DNA of 37,027 nt, taken from a virus (taxonomy: Duplodnaviria; Caudoviricetes). A program made the position numbers and the translations under genes. The notes under the pieces are model-generated. The model saw nothing but the letters and a program-made list of their open reading frames with translations. It was not told where the DNA came from and made no database searches. Shown here one piece after another: positions 28,466 to 36,560 of the stretch (position 1 is its first letter; the number at the start of each line of letters is the position of its first letter). The stretch spans positions 1 through 37,027 of IMG/VR virus record IMGVR_UViG_3300033513_000034. The stretch is one strand, 5' to 3'.

Positions 28466-29033
28466 GGTTGCCTCCGCTGAGGTTGATCGGCTTATACACG
28501 GGGTTGGCAGGGTTATAAAGGTTCGTTCCGGGTCTGGGCTGGTTCTGCGGTGGTTTCGGCTGGAGCGGCATGATCGGTTTCTGCAACGACCTGGCGGCCG
28601 GCTTTGCTTCAATATGCAGGATGCGACCGATCATATCCGAACTGGCCTCACCGATCAACGAGAACTGGATCATCGGCTCGGGCACGAGCACGGTCAGGAG
28701 GGCGATCAGGATCGGCAGGGGCAGCAGATACCACAACTTCACATAATCCACGGTCTGCATGCTGGTCACACCGATGAAGTTAGTAACGGCATCATACAAA
28801 TAAGCCAGGAAACCACAGGCGCGCAGGGTGACATTATCATAAGCCACCATGACGCCCATCTCCAGCACGAACACCAGGACACCCAAGATATAGCCGAAAG
28901 CCTTTGACTCTCCGCTGACTGCAAACCCCTGGGCGCTCCAGTTGATACCCATCACCTCGATGATCGCTCCCATGATACCCATCAAGATACGAACCACTGT
29001 AACCCATTTATCTCTATTCATCTGCCTGTACAT
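28419..29033 (-). CDS. multi-pass membrane protein with Pro-rich C-terminal tail
   Basis: Four hydrophobic helices; start at 29033 is inferred. Confidence 0.65.
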   Translation of the reverse strand: MYRQMNRDKWVTVVRILMGIMGAIIEVMGINWSAQGFAVSGESKAFGYILGVLVFVLEMGVMVAYDNVTLRACGFLAYLYDAVTNFIGVTSMQTVDYVKLWYLLPLPILIALLTVLVPEPMIQFSLIGEASSDMIGRILHIEAKPAARSLQKPIMPLQPKPPQNQPRPGTNLYNPANPVYKPINLSGGNHGREQEAEAGPGHPS

Positions 29034-29226
29034 TTTTCTTTTCCTTTCTGATGATGGCGAATTCGGCCTTGCCACAACGAGCACATTTCAACACCAACCC
29101 CATATCACCATCACGTATATTCAATTCCGGGTGGTCACTTCCCGCTAGTTTGGTCTGTGTAACCTCCCAGATATGCCCCACAAACGGGCATTTCAATCCC
29201 TGAAGTCTGTCTACTGTCCCACTCAT
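29014..29226 (-). CDS. small Cys/His zinc-binding protein
   Basis: CPFVGHIW...CARCGK motif. Confidence 0.6.
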   Translation of the reverse strand: MSGTVDRLQGLKCPFVGHIWEVTQTKLAGSDHPELNIRDGDMGLVLKCARCGKAEFAIIRKEKKNVQADE

Positions 29227-29234
29227 TTGGCGCT

Positions 29235-29243
29235 ATTTTATCA
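29235..29243 (-). promoter_or_regulatory. extended -10 element TGATAAAAT
   Basis: Intergenic; the same 9-mer recurs at 30131-30139. Confidence 0.5.
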
Positions 29244-29249
29244 CACCCC

Positions 29250-29870
29250 CTAAAGCGACTTATGGTTCGCCACCCGTAGCAACTCTTCCGGATGCGTCTT
29301 CAGGTACAGCAACTGGGTAGCCAGCTGGTCGGCCATCGGCACCCCGCGCGCCTGAACGCAGTGAGCGGTGTGCGCCACCCCCTTCGGTCCCACTTCCACC
29401 ACATTGTAGCTTTCCTTGTTCGTCAGGATAAAGCTGGGGAGATGCCGGCCATTCCTGTAGATCGAGATCTGTTTCCTGTCCCGCCACTCGCGGCGCTGGC
29501 GGCGGTTCAGGAGTGACACCAGTAGCCGGTTGGCTCGCTTATCAGCTAGTACCTTCTCCTTCATCCTCTTAGCGCGCTCAGCCTCAATGCGAACCCGCTC
29601 GGCCTCGGCCACCTGGCGCAACCGTTCCCTCTGTTCCTCGGTGAGAACCGGTGCGGGCGGGACGATCTGTTCAACTGGATCGATATTGCCGATGGTGTTG
29701 TTGTCACCGAAGTACGTGACGTTTGTGATCCGACCTGTGGTGATCCCATCCGTCCAGGTGTTCCAGGCATTTTCCGCAGTGGTGGTGTTGGCCGACCCAG
29801 CTGTACTGGTCCACTCGTACCAGGTGTTGGAGGTCGTGCTACCAGCAGTCAAGGTCCCGTATGTCGCCAT
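29250..29870 (-). CDS. hypothetical protein (206 aa)
   Basis: GGAGG RBS; Thr/Trp-rich N-terminus, coiled coil, basic C-domain. Confidence 0.7.
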   Translation of the reverse strand: MATYGTLTAGSTTSNTWYEWTSTAGSANTTTAENAWNTWTDGITTGRITNVTYFGDNNTIGNIDPVEQIVPPAPVLTEEQRERLRQVAEAERVRIEAERAKRMKEKVLADKRANRLLVSLLNRRQRREWRDRKQISIYRNGRHLPSFILTNKESYNVVEVGPKGVAHTAHCVQARGVPMADQLATQLLYLKTHPEELLRVANHKSL

Positions 29871-29871
29871 A

Positions 29872-30099
29872 CTACCCTCCGGAGATCGGCGCCGCTAGAA
29901 TTATCTTTTCCAGATCCGGATCGAACTTGGTGATCATCTCCCCCTGCGCTCCACCTTTCTTGACCGCAAAGGCTTTGTAACCCTTGGTAGTCAACTTGTC
30001 AAAGGTGTCCCGAGCTGCCTGCACTTCATCTTTCTTGTCTACATCCCAGATCAACTTCGTGTCACCACTACCACCCATGATACGCATTACGTGTGCCAT
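29872..30099 (-). CDS. hypothetical protein (75 aa), first gene of the leftward region
   Basis: AAGGAG RBS; coupled to 29250..29870. Confidence 0.7.
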   Translation of the reverse strand: MAHVMRIMGGSGDTKLIWDVDKKDEVQAARDTFDKLTTKGYKAFAVKKGGAQGEMITKFDPDLEKIILAAPISGG

Positions 30100-30130
30100 C
30101 TTTTCATCTCCTTTCTCTCATTTGCCGCTT

Positions 30131-30139
30131 ATTTTATCA
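30131..30139 (-). promoter_or_regulatory. extended -10 element TGATAAAAT heading the leftward region
   Basis: About 30 nt upstream of the ATG at 30099, leaving room for the RBS. Confidence 0.55.
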
Positions 30140-30184
30140 TAGGATACCTGTACCCCTATATGAGATCTGCGTCGCAAAAAATGG

Positions 30185-30645
30185 GCGCGGGTGCCTTATA
30201 CACTGATGTACCGGCCCCTTTGGAGCCCTGGGGGCAGGGAATGATAGCAATTCCAGCACATGGGGCGCACGCTGATGAAGGACAGTGCTGGTTTGCCCAC
30301 GTCAAACTCTCGTTCGCTCTAAGAGACGTGGATGCTCTACCGAGTGAGCTTATGAATACTAGCCCTTTGGAAAGGTTGGATCATAAGCGGACCAATAAAG
30401 TTGATCATAATAGGTCAACACTAACTTGCAGTAAGCAAAGTGGCATAAGCAGCTGCAAGCCCAGGACAGGGGTTATCTTCCCGCGTGCAGAAGCAACCTG
30501 CGTAGTGAGACGCTCAAACAAAGCAATAGGTTGTGCTATCGAGCCGCATGCAAGATCAGGCTGATGCTGATAAACCATGCAATCGGGCAAACGTTGTTCT
30601 TAGGAACAACAGTCTGCTCACACACACATGATGTGGGCAGACATT
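30185..30645 (+). ncRNA. candidate large structured RNA / structured leader (block A)
   Basis: At least 8 local inverted repeats plus long-range GTTTGCCC(30291-98)/GGGCAAAC(30585-92); no credible ORF; family not recognised. Confidence 0.45.
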
Positions 30646-30674
30646 TTGTTTCTAAGAGAAAGGATAGGGAATAA

Positions 30675-30821
30675 ATGACAACGGCTCCATATGTGGCGGC
30701 AGGATGTGTATTCATTATCGGCGCAGCAGTAGTGTTGGGTTTCGCTCTTGGAAACCCAACTGCGATCGCCATTGTGAACACCTTTACTGCTCTGGTGCAG
30801 GCTGTACAAGCACTGCTCTAA
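30675..30821 (+). CDS. small membrane protein, 48 aa (MTTAPYVAAGCVFII...QALL)
   Basis: Purine-rich RBS, hydrophobic sequence; not in the ORF track. Confidence 0.65.
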   Translation: MTTAPYVAAGCVFIIGAAVVLGFALGNPTAIAIVNTFTALVQAVQALL

Positions 30822-30855
30822 TAAACCAGTTCACGTTCAAGAAAGGGAACAGATA

Positions 30856-30993
30856 ATGGACAAGCACATGCAGAGAGTGGCTAATGTTTGGATAGCTCTT
30901 GTTGCTGTTGGCATGGGTGTGCTGGCAGCAGTAGTAACACTCATCATGCCCTCTCTTATGGGTTGGGTGCCTGTATTCCTCGCACTCAAGTAA
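30856..30993 (+). CDS. small membrane protein, 45 aa (MDKHMQRVANVWIALVAV...LALK)
   Basis: AAAGGGA RBS, hydrophobic sequence; not in the ORF track. Confidence 0.65.
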   Translation: MDKHMQRVANVWIALVAVGMGVLAAVVTLIMPSLMGWVPVFLALK

Positions 30994-31003
30994 CACAATA
31001 AGG

Positions 31004-31019
31004 CCTCCAAGCTTGGAGG
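31004..31019. repeat. 16-bp palindrome plus extra half-site TTGGAGG at 31022-31028
   Basis: Exact copy, intergenic. Confidence 0.95.
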
Positions 31020-31028
31020 GTTTGGAGG

Positions 31029-31315
31029 CCCTTCACTGAGCATAAGTAGCGGCATATACGTACACAGGAGTGCCTATATGCTTCAAGTCTAGGAGCAAAA
31101 CCTACATCATGTAAGCCTGTAACTCATGGTAGGTGCAGTATCTAGTCTTGTGCTCAGTGAAGGGGGTCTAGTATACCAATGTCACGTAGTGATCTATAAC
31201 CCAAACGCGTAGACGCGGGCAATAGATGATCGCGTAGTGACTACATCAGCTCACGTACAGAGTGAGTGTACAGCACACACTGTAGGCATATCTATCAAGC
31301 CCTTGGTCCTACAGC
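31029..31315 (+). ncRNA. candidate structured RNA (block B)
   Basis: 18-bp stem 31029-31046/31147-31164 enclosing two hairpins, followed by three more stem-loops. Confidence 0.5.
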
Positions 31316-31340
31316 AAGGCATGCAAGAAGGAGTATCTAT

Positions 31341-32264
31341 ATGACTAGCAATATCGTTGCAGTAGTCGGCTCTAATAGCAAGGGCACGACTTTCACCCCT
31401 GAGAATGGGGATAAGTATTTGATGGCTGATAGAACGATGAAGCATGACTTCAAGGAGGGCGAGAAGGTCGTTATTCTCGACACCAAGAAGCTGGAAAGTG
31501 GCCTGGTCTTTGTGACCAAGGCTGTGCGTTTCATCGAGAAACAGACCATCAAACAGGCACCCAAGGTCATCAAGATCGAGCCTCCGAAACCGGTTATCAA
31601 AGTGAACGCTGTCGAGGAAGCGTTCGCCCAGACCATGGAATCGGTAAATAAGGCCATTGCGGCCCTGAAGTTGAGCCACAATAAGCTCAGCCAGGCCGTG
31701 GCCGAAAAGCGCCAGCAGGAACAGATCAACCAGCAGGTGCTGGATCGGACTGCGACTGTGTTCGGGCTGGAGAGTCCGTTCTATCAGCAGATGCAGTTCA
31801 CGACTGCAAAGGCTCTGGAGAATATCGCGCTCGAGGCTGCCCAGGCCAATTATCTGACCGCGGTCGATCTGACCTACCAAATCGCCCAGCAATTGGGCGA
31901 GAAACCGTTCCTGGGGATCTCTGAGAAGCTGGACGAGCTGTTGAACGCGTCCAAGCCTGCGCCAGAGGTCATCACGACTGAAGTGGCGGCTGTTGAGACC
32001 GAAAAGCCGGTGGGCAAGAAGAAGCTGGCTGCTCAGGCTAAGAAGGCCGAGCAAGAGGCCGCTCATCAGAGACACGAGGCCAAGAAACTGAAGGCCAAGC
32101 AAGACTATGAGGAGAAACTGCGCCTCGAGAAAGAGGAGCAGGACCGGAAAGATGCGGCAGAAGCCAAGCACCAGGAAGCTCTCGCCAAGCGGCGGGAGGC
32201 TCGCAAGGCCAAGAAGGTTATGGCCGTCCCTGTGGTATCCACTGTTGAAGCCATTCAGCAGTAA
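31341..32264 (+). CDS. hypothetical protein (307 aa) with charged coiled-coil C-terminus
   Basis: GAAGGAG before the ATG at 31341; K/E/A-rich tail. Confidence 0.8.
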   Translation: MTSNIVAVVGSNSKGTTFTPENGDKYLMADRTMKHDFKEGEKVVILDTKKLESGLVFVTKAVRFIEKQTIKQAPKVIKIEPPKPVIKVNAVEEAFAQTMESVNKAIAALKLSHNKLSQAVAEKRQQEQINQQVLDRTATVFGLESPFYQQMQFTTAKALENIALEAAQANYLTAVDLTYQIAQQLGEKPFLGISEKLDELLNASKPAPEVITTEVAAVETEKPVGKKKLAAQAKKAEQEAAHQRHEAKKLKAKQDYEEKLRLEKEEQDRKDAAEAKHQEALAKRREARKAKKVMAVPVVSTVEAIQQ

Positions 32265-32335
32265 TACACTATTTTATCCATCCCTGGCCTTTCTGACCGA
32301 CCAGGGTATATCTATTTCTATGAAGGAGTGTGTGT

Positions 32336-33424
32336 ATGTCTAAGAAGCAACAAACTGATCCTATCGAAACAACTGTAGTGGAGGTTCCTATGACTATTGA
32401 GAACAAAAACGTCAGCTTATCTTTCTTCAAGGGCCATCCCTTCGCGACCGTGAACAATATTGGTCACGAAGTGGCGACCTTCGAGGAAGCCGATCACTTG
32501 GTGGTATCGGTTCGTGGCATCAAGATGGTGGAGTGGAAAACCACTTACCGCTATACTGAGATCGTGGCGGGTCTCAAAGCTGCCAAGCATCTGAGCTTCA
32601 AGTCCGAACTGCCCGAACCAGGTCTTCGGGAATATAGGGGTATCAATAACAGTTTCGTGACCGGTTTCCAGGGTGCTGGCGCCGTGCACTTGAACTATCG
32701 TGGCACTCGGCGGGCCGATATCTTCGGTCTGCCCAAGAGTGCAGATGGGTGGTTCGAGTCTTTCGGCCTGCCCTGGGCCAAGCTGGTTATGCGGAACGGC
32801 GTGCTTCTGGCTGAGCCGCTGTCTGACATCTGGAAAGATGGACAGATCAGCACGCCCGCGCCTGATCTGGCACGCCTCTATGACACTATGGATGAACTGC
32901 TCCAGGGTGTCACTTATGTGTTAGCTCTGACCGATAAGGCCAATGGCTTCGGCGTTGGCGGTCGGCATGAGAACTTCCTGCGCGTATTGCTCGAAGAGAT
33001 CACCTTGGGAACGGATGCAATGAACGAGCCGGACCCAGAAGTAGCCAAAGAGAAGTGGGCTGCTTATAAAGAGGTGACTGTTGAGCACTTCGCCAATGGC
33101 TCTCAAAGCCGTGCGGCCAGTGCTATCTATCGCCAGGAACACAATATTGTCGCAACTACTGGCAATCTGCCGTTAGATGACGGTGAGCGCCCTGCTATGG
33201 TTGCTGAAGATGGTGTTGAGTACAGCCTGAACATCTGGTCAGGCGTAAGTGCCGGCCATCCGAAAGCGACCGTGGTAGAAGTTATCAAGGGCAGCCAGCC
33301 GGTGCAGGTGAAGTATACCTACGCCAACGGGCAGTCCACCGTGAAAACGGTATATCCGACCGATCGCTTCAGCGTTGCCAACCATAATGGGTTGAAGGCG
33401 CTGTTGCAGGAAGTCGTATCGTAA
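32336..33424 (+). CDS. hypothetical protein (362 aa)
   Basis: GAAGGAG before the ATG at 32336; long ORF, no recognised motif. Confidence 0.8.
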   Translation: MSKKQQTDPIETTVVEVPMTIENKNVSLSFFKGHPFATVNNIGHEVATFEEADHLVVSVRGIKMVEWKTTYRYTEIVAGLKAAKHLSFKSELPEPGLREYRGINNSFVTGFQGAGAVHLNYRGTRRADIFGLPKSADGWFESFGLPWAKLVMRNGVLLAEPLSDIWKDGQISTPAPDLARLYDTMDELLQGVTYVLALTDKANGFGVGGRHENFLRVLLEEITLGTDAMNEPDPEVAKEKWAAYKEVTVEHFANGSQSRAASAIYRQEHNIVATTGNLPLDDGERPAMVAEDGVEYSLNIWSGVSAGHPKATVVEVIKGSQPVQVKYTYANGQSTVKTVYPTDRFSVANHNGLKALLQEVVS

Positions 33425-33432
33425 GTATAACT

Positions 33433-33470
33433 GTGGGGGCAAGGGGGCAAGCCCCCACCACTATTTCTGT
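33433..33470 (+). terminator. probable intrinsic terminator
   Basis: GTGGGGGC/GCCCCCAC stem just after the stop, followed by a weak T-rich tail. Confidence 0.55.
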
Positions 33471-33567
33471 TCCTATCCACATTTCAACTATCCCACTGCG
33501 TTGTTTACTCGACTCGCTAGCTGTATAGCATGGAAGAGTTGACTGGCGCGGTGTCCGGAGATAACAC

Positions 33568-33744
33568 GTGGACTTTCTGGCAGTAATCATCAACACTGTT
33601 GCTGGTATCGTATCCTACAATGTAGGCCAGCTCAAGCCGGCTGTATCGCAGAATGAGCTGTTCATTTGCTTCCTGGTGATCATCATCATCGGCTTGATCA
33701 GCTACATCTTTGCTTCCCAGGACGGCCGGAGCGAATATTATTAG
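33568..33744 (+). CDS. small membrane protein, 58 aa (MDFLAVIINTVAG...RSEYY)
   Basis: GGAG before GTG; two hydrophobic stretches; not in the ORF track. Confidence 0.6.
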   Translation: MDFLAVIINTVAGIVSYNVGQLKPAVSQNELFICFLVIIIIGLISYIFASQDGRSEYY

Positions 33745-33748
33745 AAAC

Positions 33749-33764
33749 CCTCCAACCTTGGAGG
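33749..33764. repeat. palindrome variant CCTCCAAcCTTGGAGG
   Basis: Central mismatch; intergenic, 9 bp upstream of TATAAT. Confidence 0.85.
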
Positions 33765-33779
33765 ATCCTAGTGTATAAT

Positions 33780-34050
33780 TAGTGAAACGCTCGTTCCACT
33801 AATGAACCGTGTGGGGATATGGGCACACGGTAGCCTGAAAATGGGTAAGTTGGCTCATATCCCCCCGCACTAGGCAGCATGTATATATATGGCAGATCGA
33901 TCGTCGGTATATCTTATTAGGCATGATCAGCTTGAGTTAGTAGCTGATGGGTGTAGTTTTGTGGTGATGGATCATGCCGACTGGTTGTATTCGTTGGTGA
34001 GCAGGTGCATAGAGAGGGGCTATCCTGCCGATCTACATACACCTGTTTCT
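33780..34050 (+). ncRNA. candidate structured RNA with potential pseudoknot (block C)
   Basis: Follows TATAAT (33774-79); stem ACCGTGTG/CACACGGT whose loop is complementary to 33854-33863; further 8-9 bp stems downstream. Confidence 0.5.
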
Positions 34051-34099
34051 ACGATGTTAGTATGGTTAGCCCCTATTGATATCAGAAAGGAAAACAAGC

Positions 34100-34342
34100 A
34101 TGGATAATATGCCCATGTGGTTGAACTGGGTGTTCTGGGTGTTCTTGCTTCTGATGATGGTGATGATACTTGTAATGGGGGTTGTTGCTATTCGGATGTT
34201 CTTACAGGACACCAAGAAGAAAGAAGAACGGCCCTTTTATTATCTGCGAGACAGGGATAATGGGCACATCGTTGGTTCCACTCGCTACCCTGAATATTAT
34301 AAGGATAGTTACTCTTTGTACGTAGGAGAGAAGATCCAATGA
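34100..34342 (+). CDS. membrane-anchored hypothetical protein (80 aa)
   Basis: AAAGGA RBS; long N-terminal hydrophobic helix. Confidence 0.65.
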   Translation: MDNMPMWLNWVFWVFLLLMMVMILVMGVVAIRMFLQDTKKKEERPFYYLRDRDNGHIVGSTRYPEYYKDSYSLYVGEKIQ

Positions 34343-34746
34343 CCGTGATCATGTTGAACGCTATCAATGGGAACCACTTCGTTGAGGCGGTATGCAATAA
34401 CGAGCCGTTTCGCCTGCCAGCTGGTGTTGGTGAGAAAGTCACTCCGACTAAAGATGACCTAATCCTGCCATTATGGAACACAATCGAAACAGACATCTTG
34501 GCAGGTTATAACCTGAGGATTTTTATTCAGGGTCCGGGGGAAACTTATCACCTTACACCAATGCTTCCCAACTCTGAGTATTATGTGCTGAAGCGCGAGG
34601 AAACAACGATCGTTCATACTACTCGAGGGAATGATCCACTATTTGGTCGAGGCAGTTGGAACTTTGTATCTGGCCCGTTTCCAGGACATAGACAAGCTGA
34701 AGACTGGCTTGATGATTTAGAGAAAGGAAAAGTCGATGAGAGCTGA
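34339..34746 (+). CDS. hypothetical protein (135 aa)
   Basis: AGGAG RBS, ATGA overlap. Confidence 0.7.
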   Translation: MTVIMLNAINGNHFVEAVCNNEPFRLPAGVGEKVTPTKDDLILPLWNTIETDILAGYNLRIFIQGPGETYHLTPMLPNSEYYVLKREETTIVHTTRGNDPLFGRGSWNFVSGPFPGHRQAEDWLDDLEKGKVDES

Positions 34747-34888
34747 TGCTATTGCCGCGCTGGTTATAGCTGGCATTGTGGTTATTGGCATTGTGGGGGT
34801 AACAGCATTGATCTTTATGGCAGTGGAAGCTGCCAACAATTCTATTCGACCGACCTATCCAAAAGAAAAAGAAGATGGCACAAAATAG
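34736..34888 (+). CDS. small membrane protein, 50 aa (MRADAIAALVIAGIVV...DGTK)
   Basis: AAAGGA RBS, one hydrophobic helix, fills the gap; not in the ORF track. Confidence 0.6.
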   Translation: MRADAIAALVIAGIVVIGIVGVTALIFMAVEAANNSIRPTYPKEKEDGTK

Positions 34889-35057
34889 TTTTGTCGAGCC
34901 CACCAGGCCCGATCCTCCTGAATGGTATACACCGACGCAGGTTTTTCTCTTCAGGGCAACGCAGAAGGGTTGCATTGATATATTTTGGATCCTCCTGTCT
35001 ATCGGGGCTATCGTTGTCCTGGGCGGCATATTGTTTTATATTGGGACAATCATCTGA
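34875..35057 (+). CDS. small membrane protein (60 aa)
   Basis: C-terminal hydrophobic helix; TGATG overlap with the next gene. Confidence 0.55.
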   Translation: MAQNSFVEPTRPDPPEWYTPTQVFLFRATQKGCIDIFWILLSIGAIVVLGGILFYIGTII

Positions 35058-35317
35058 TGGCTGCTCAGAAATGGCATGGCACTCGTCGCTTCAAACACAG
35101 TAAGAGAGCGCATTATCCTGAAGATGACGACTATGACAGCCAAGATGATTTTCGAGATCCTGGTGGCCGATCTGCATTGAGAGCTGGTCGGCGTAACCGT
35201 CCTTGCCCAACCTGCGGCAAGAAGAACGCCTTGACTGAGCGTGATGTTGAGCTGGGTTATCAGTGTGATGACTGCGCTGATAAACTGGAAGGGCGGTTGC
35301 CAGATGCAAGCTACTAG
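35057..35317 (+). CDS. zinc-ribbon protein (86 aa)
   Basis: CPTC...CDDC; start at the TGATG overlap. Confidence 0.65.
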   Translation: MAAQKWHGTRRFKHSKRAHYPEDDDYDSQDDFRDPGGRSALRAGRRNRPCPTCGKKNALTERDVELGYQCDDCADKLEGRLPDASY

Positions 35318-35627
35318 AGTCGTTCGTTACGGTAAAACGACGCCAACCAAAAACCTGGGGTGGTTGTTGAAAAACCGTAACAAATATGGTGGTGTCTGGT
35401 GGGTCACGATCAACCATGCTGGACGCGACGAGGGTGAGCTGGAAGTCTATTTCAACGATCGCCAGGTGATCTTCTTCGCACACTTCTCTAGTTTCGAGAT
35501 ATTGTATCGTTTCACTGATCGGCACCTGGTGAACTGGATGTGCTCTGCTAACATCAAGTACAACCAGAACAAATATCACCGCTGGCTGGAGGCTAAAGAA
35601 ACCTCCAAGCTTGGAGGAAATGTATGA
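35304..35627 (+). CDS. hypothetical protein (107 aa)
   Basis: Overlaps both neighbours in operon fashion; start MQATRV inferred. Confidence 0.6.
   Translation: MQATRVVRYGKTTPTKNLGWLLKNRNKYGGVWWVTINHAGRDEGELEVYFNDRQVIFFAHFSSFEILYRFTDRHLVNWMCSANIKYNQNKYHRWLEAKETSKLGGNV
35602..35617. repeat. 16-bp palindrome CCTCCAAGCTTGGAGG
   Basis: Exact copy overlapping the RBS of 35624..36052. Confidence 0.95.
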
Positions 35628-36052
35628 GCGACCGTTTTCATATCGTAACCGTTGATCCAGAATGGGATGAGGATGACGATCAGTATCCTCAGCTGACAAC
35701 CAGCATAGTGGACTGGCCTACTGATCCAAAGGAAGCCTTGAAGCTCAGTATTGAGAAGTGGCAGTTCCTGGTTGACAACATCCCTACTCTGGGCTGGATC
35801 GAGGATGGCGGTATTATCACCTGTGCTTGCTGTCGGCGCACAATAGCTATCGCCGGAAACGATATTCTGGATTGCGATCTATGCCCGATCGGCACCTATA
35901 AAAAGGAACAGGGCGAGGATCATTATGGCTGCATGGGCACTCCCTATGCTAGATATCAGGGTTTCCTTGTTGAAGATCCCAAGTGGCAAGCACAAGATGA
36001 ACTGGATTTTCTGAAAGAAGTATTGGCATCCCTGGAGGGAAAAGATGGCTGA
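35624..36052 (+). CDS. Cys-rich metal-binding protein (142 aa)
   Basis: CACC...CDLCP...GCMGTPY; its GGAGG RBS is the right arm of a palindrome copy. Confidence 0.7.
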   Translation: MSDRFHIVTVDPEWDEDDDQYPQLTTSIVDWPTDPKEALKLSIEKWQFLVDNIPTLGWIEDGGIITCACCRRTIAIAGNDILDCDLCPIGTYKKEQGEDHYGCMGTPYARYQGFLVEDPKWQAQDELDFLKEVLASLEGKDG

Positions 36053-36242
36053 AGCTGAGAGGACTCAGATCTCGATTGTAGTGACCTTGACCCCGGAACA
36101 ACGTGAACGGTTGGCATGTGCTATTCTGGGTATACTCATGGAAATGGGTATCCAACCTGAAAGCTGTGGTTCCTGGGCTATTTCGGATATCGAACCTGCT
36201 CTAATAGAGGTGGACGATGGAAGCGACCTACAAACGGGGTAA
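36045..36242 (+). CDS. hypothetical protein (65 aa)
   Basis: GGAGG RBS, overlapping neighbours. Confidence 0.6.
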   Translation: MAEAERTQISIVVTLTPEQRERLACAILGILMEMGIQPESCGSWAISDIEPALIEVDDGSDLQTG

Positions 36243-36552
36243 CTCATGGTTCGCTATCCTATTGATCCTGGCCGCTGGTATTCTGTTTGCTGTAACGATT
36301 GGCGGCAAAACCTTTGATCAGATAGTCATGACCGAGCATTTCCAGGCAGACCACTGGGAGGACTGCCGAGCAAAGGAAGCAGCCTTGAAGCCAGGGGCAT
36401 GGTGGCACTGGATCTACCAGTGCAACGAGAATAACGAATTGAAATACACTGTCAAAGTGAAAACTGCTTTAGGGGTCGTGATCCTGGTGGTGATCATCTG
36501 CGCGATCAAAGGCAAGAAGACTCTCAAGCTCATTACGGGCTACAGAGAGTAA
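36217..36552 (+). CDS. membrane protein (111 aa)
   Basis: GAGGTG RBS; hydrophobic segments near both ends. Confidence 0.65.
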   Translation: MEATYKRGNSWFAILLILAAGILFAVTIGGKTFDQIVMTEHFQADHWEDCRAKEAALKPGAWWHWIYQCNENNELKYTVKVKTALGVVILVVIICAIKGKKTLKLITGYRE

Positions 36553-36560
36553 CAATTGTT

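Noticed and set aside
30272-30278. CTGATGA hammerhead-like core (also CTAATGA near 33799)
   Set aside because: No correctly placed GAAA and stem II/III geometry could be built.
30091-30564. 157-aa + strand ORF across structured block A
   Set aside because: Starts inside the opposite gene, lacks an RBS and has unprotein-like composition; the region is better explained by base pairing.
31251-32171. 306-aa Leu-rich - strand ORF
   Set aside because: Mirror of the K/E/Q-rich + strand gene, which has the strong RBS.
33889-34107. 72-aa ORF across structured block C
   Set aside because: No SD and overlaps several strong stems; not excluded, but not supported enough to call.
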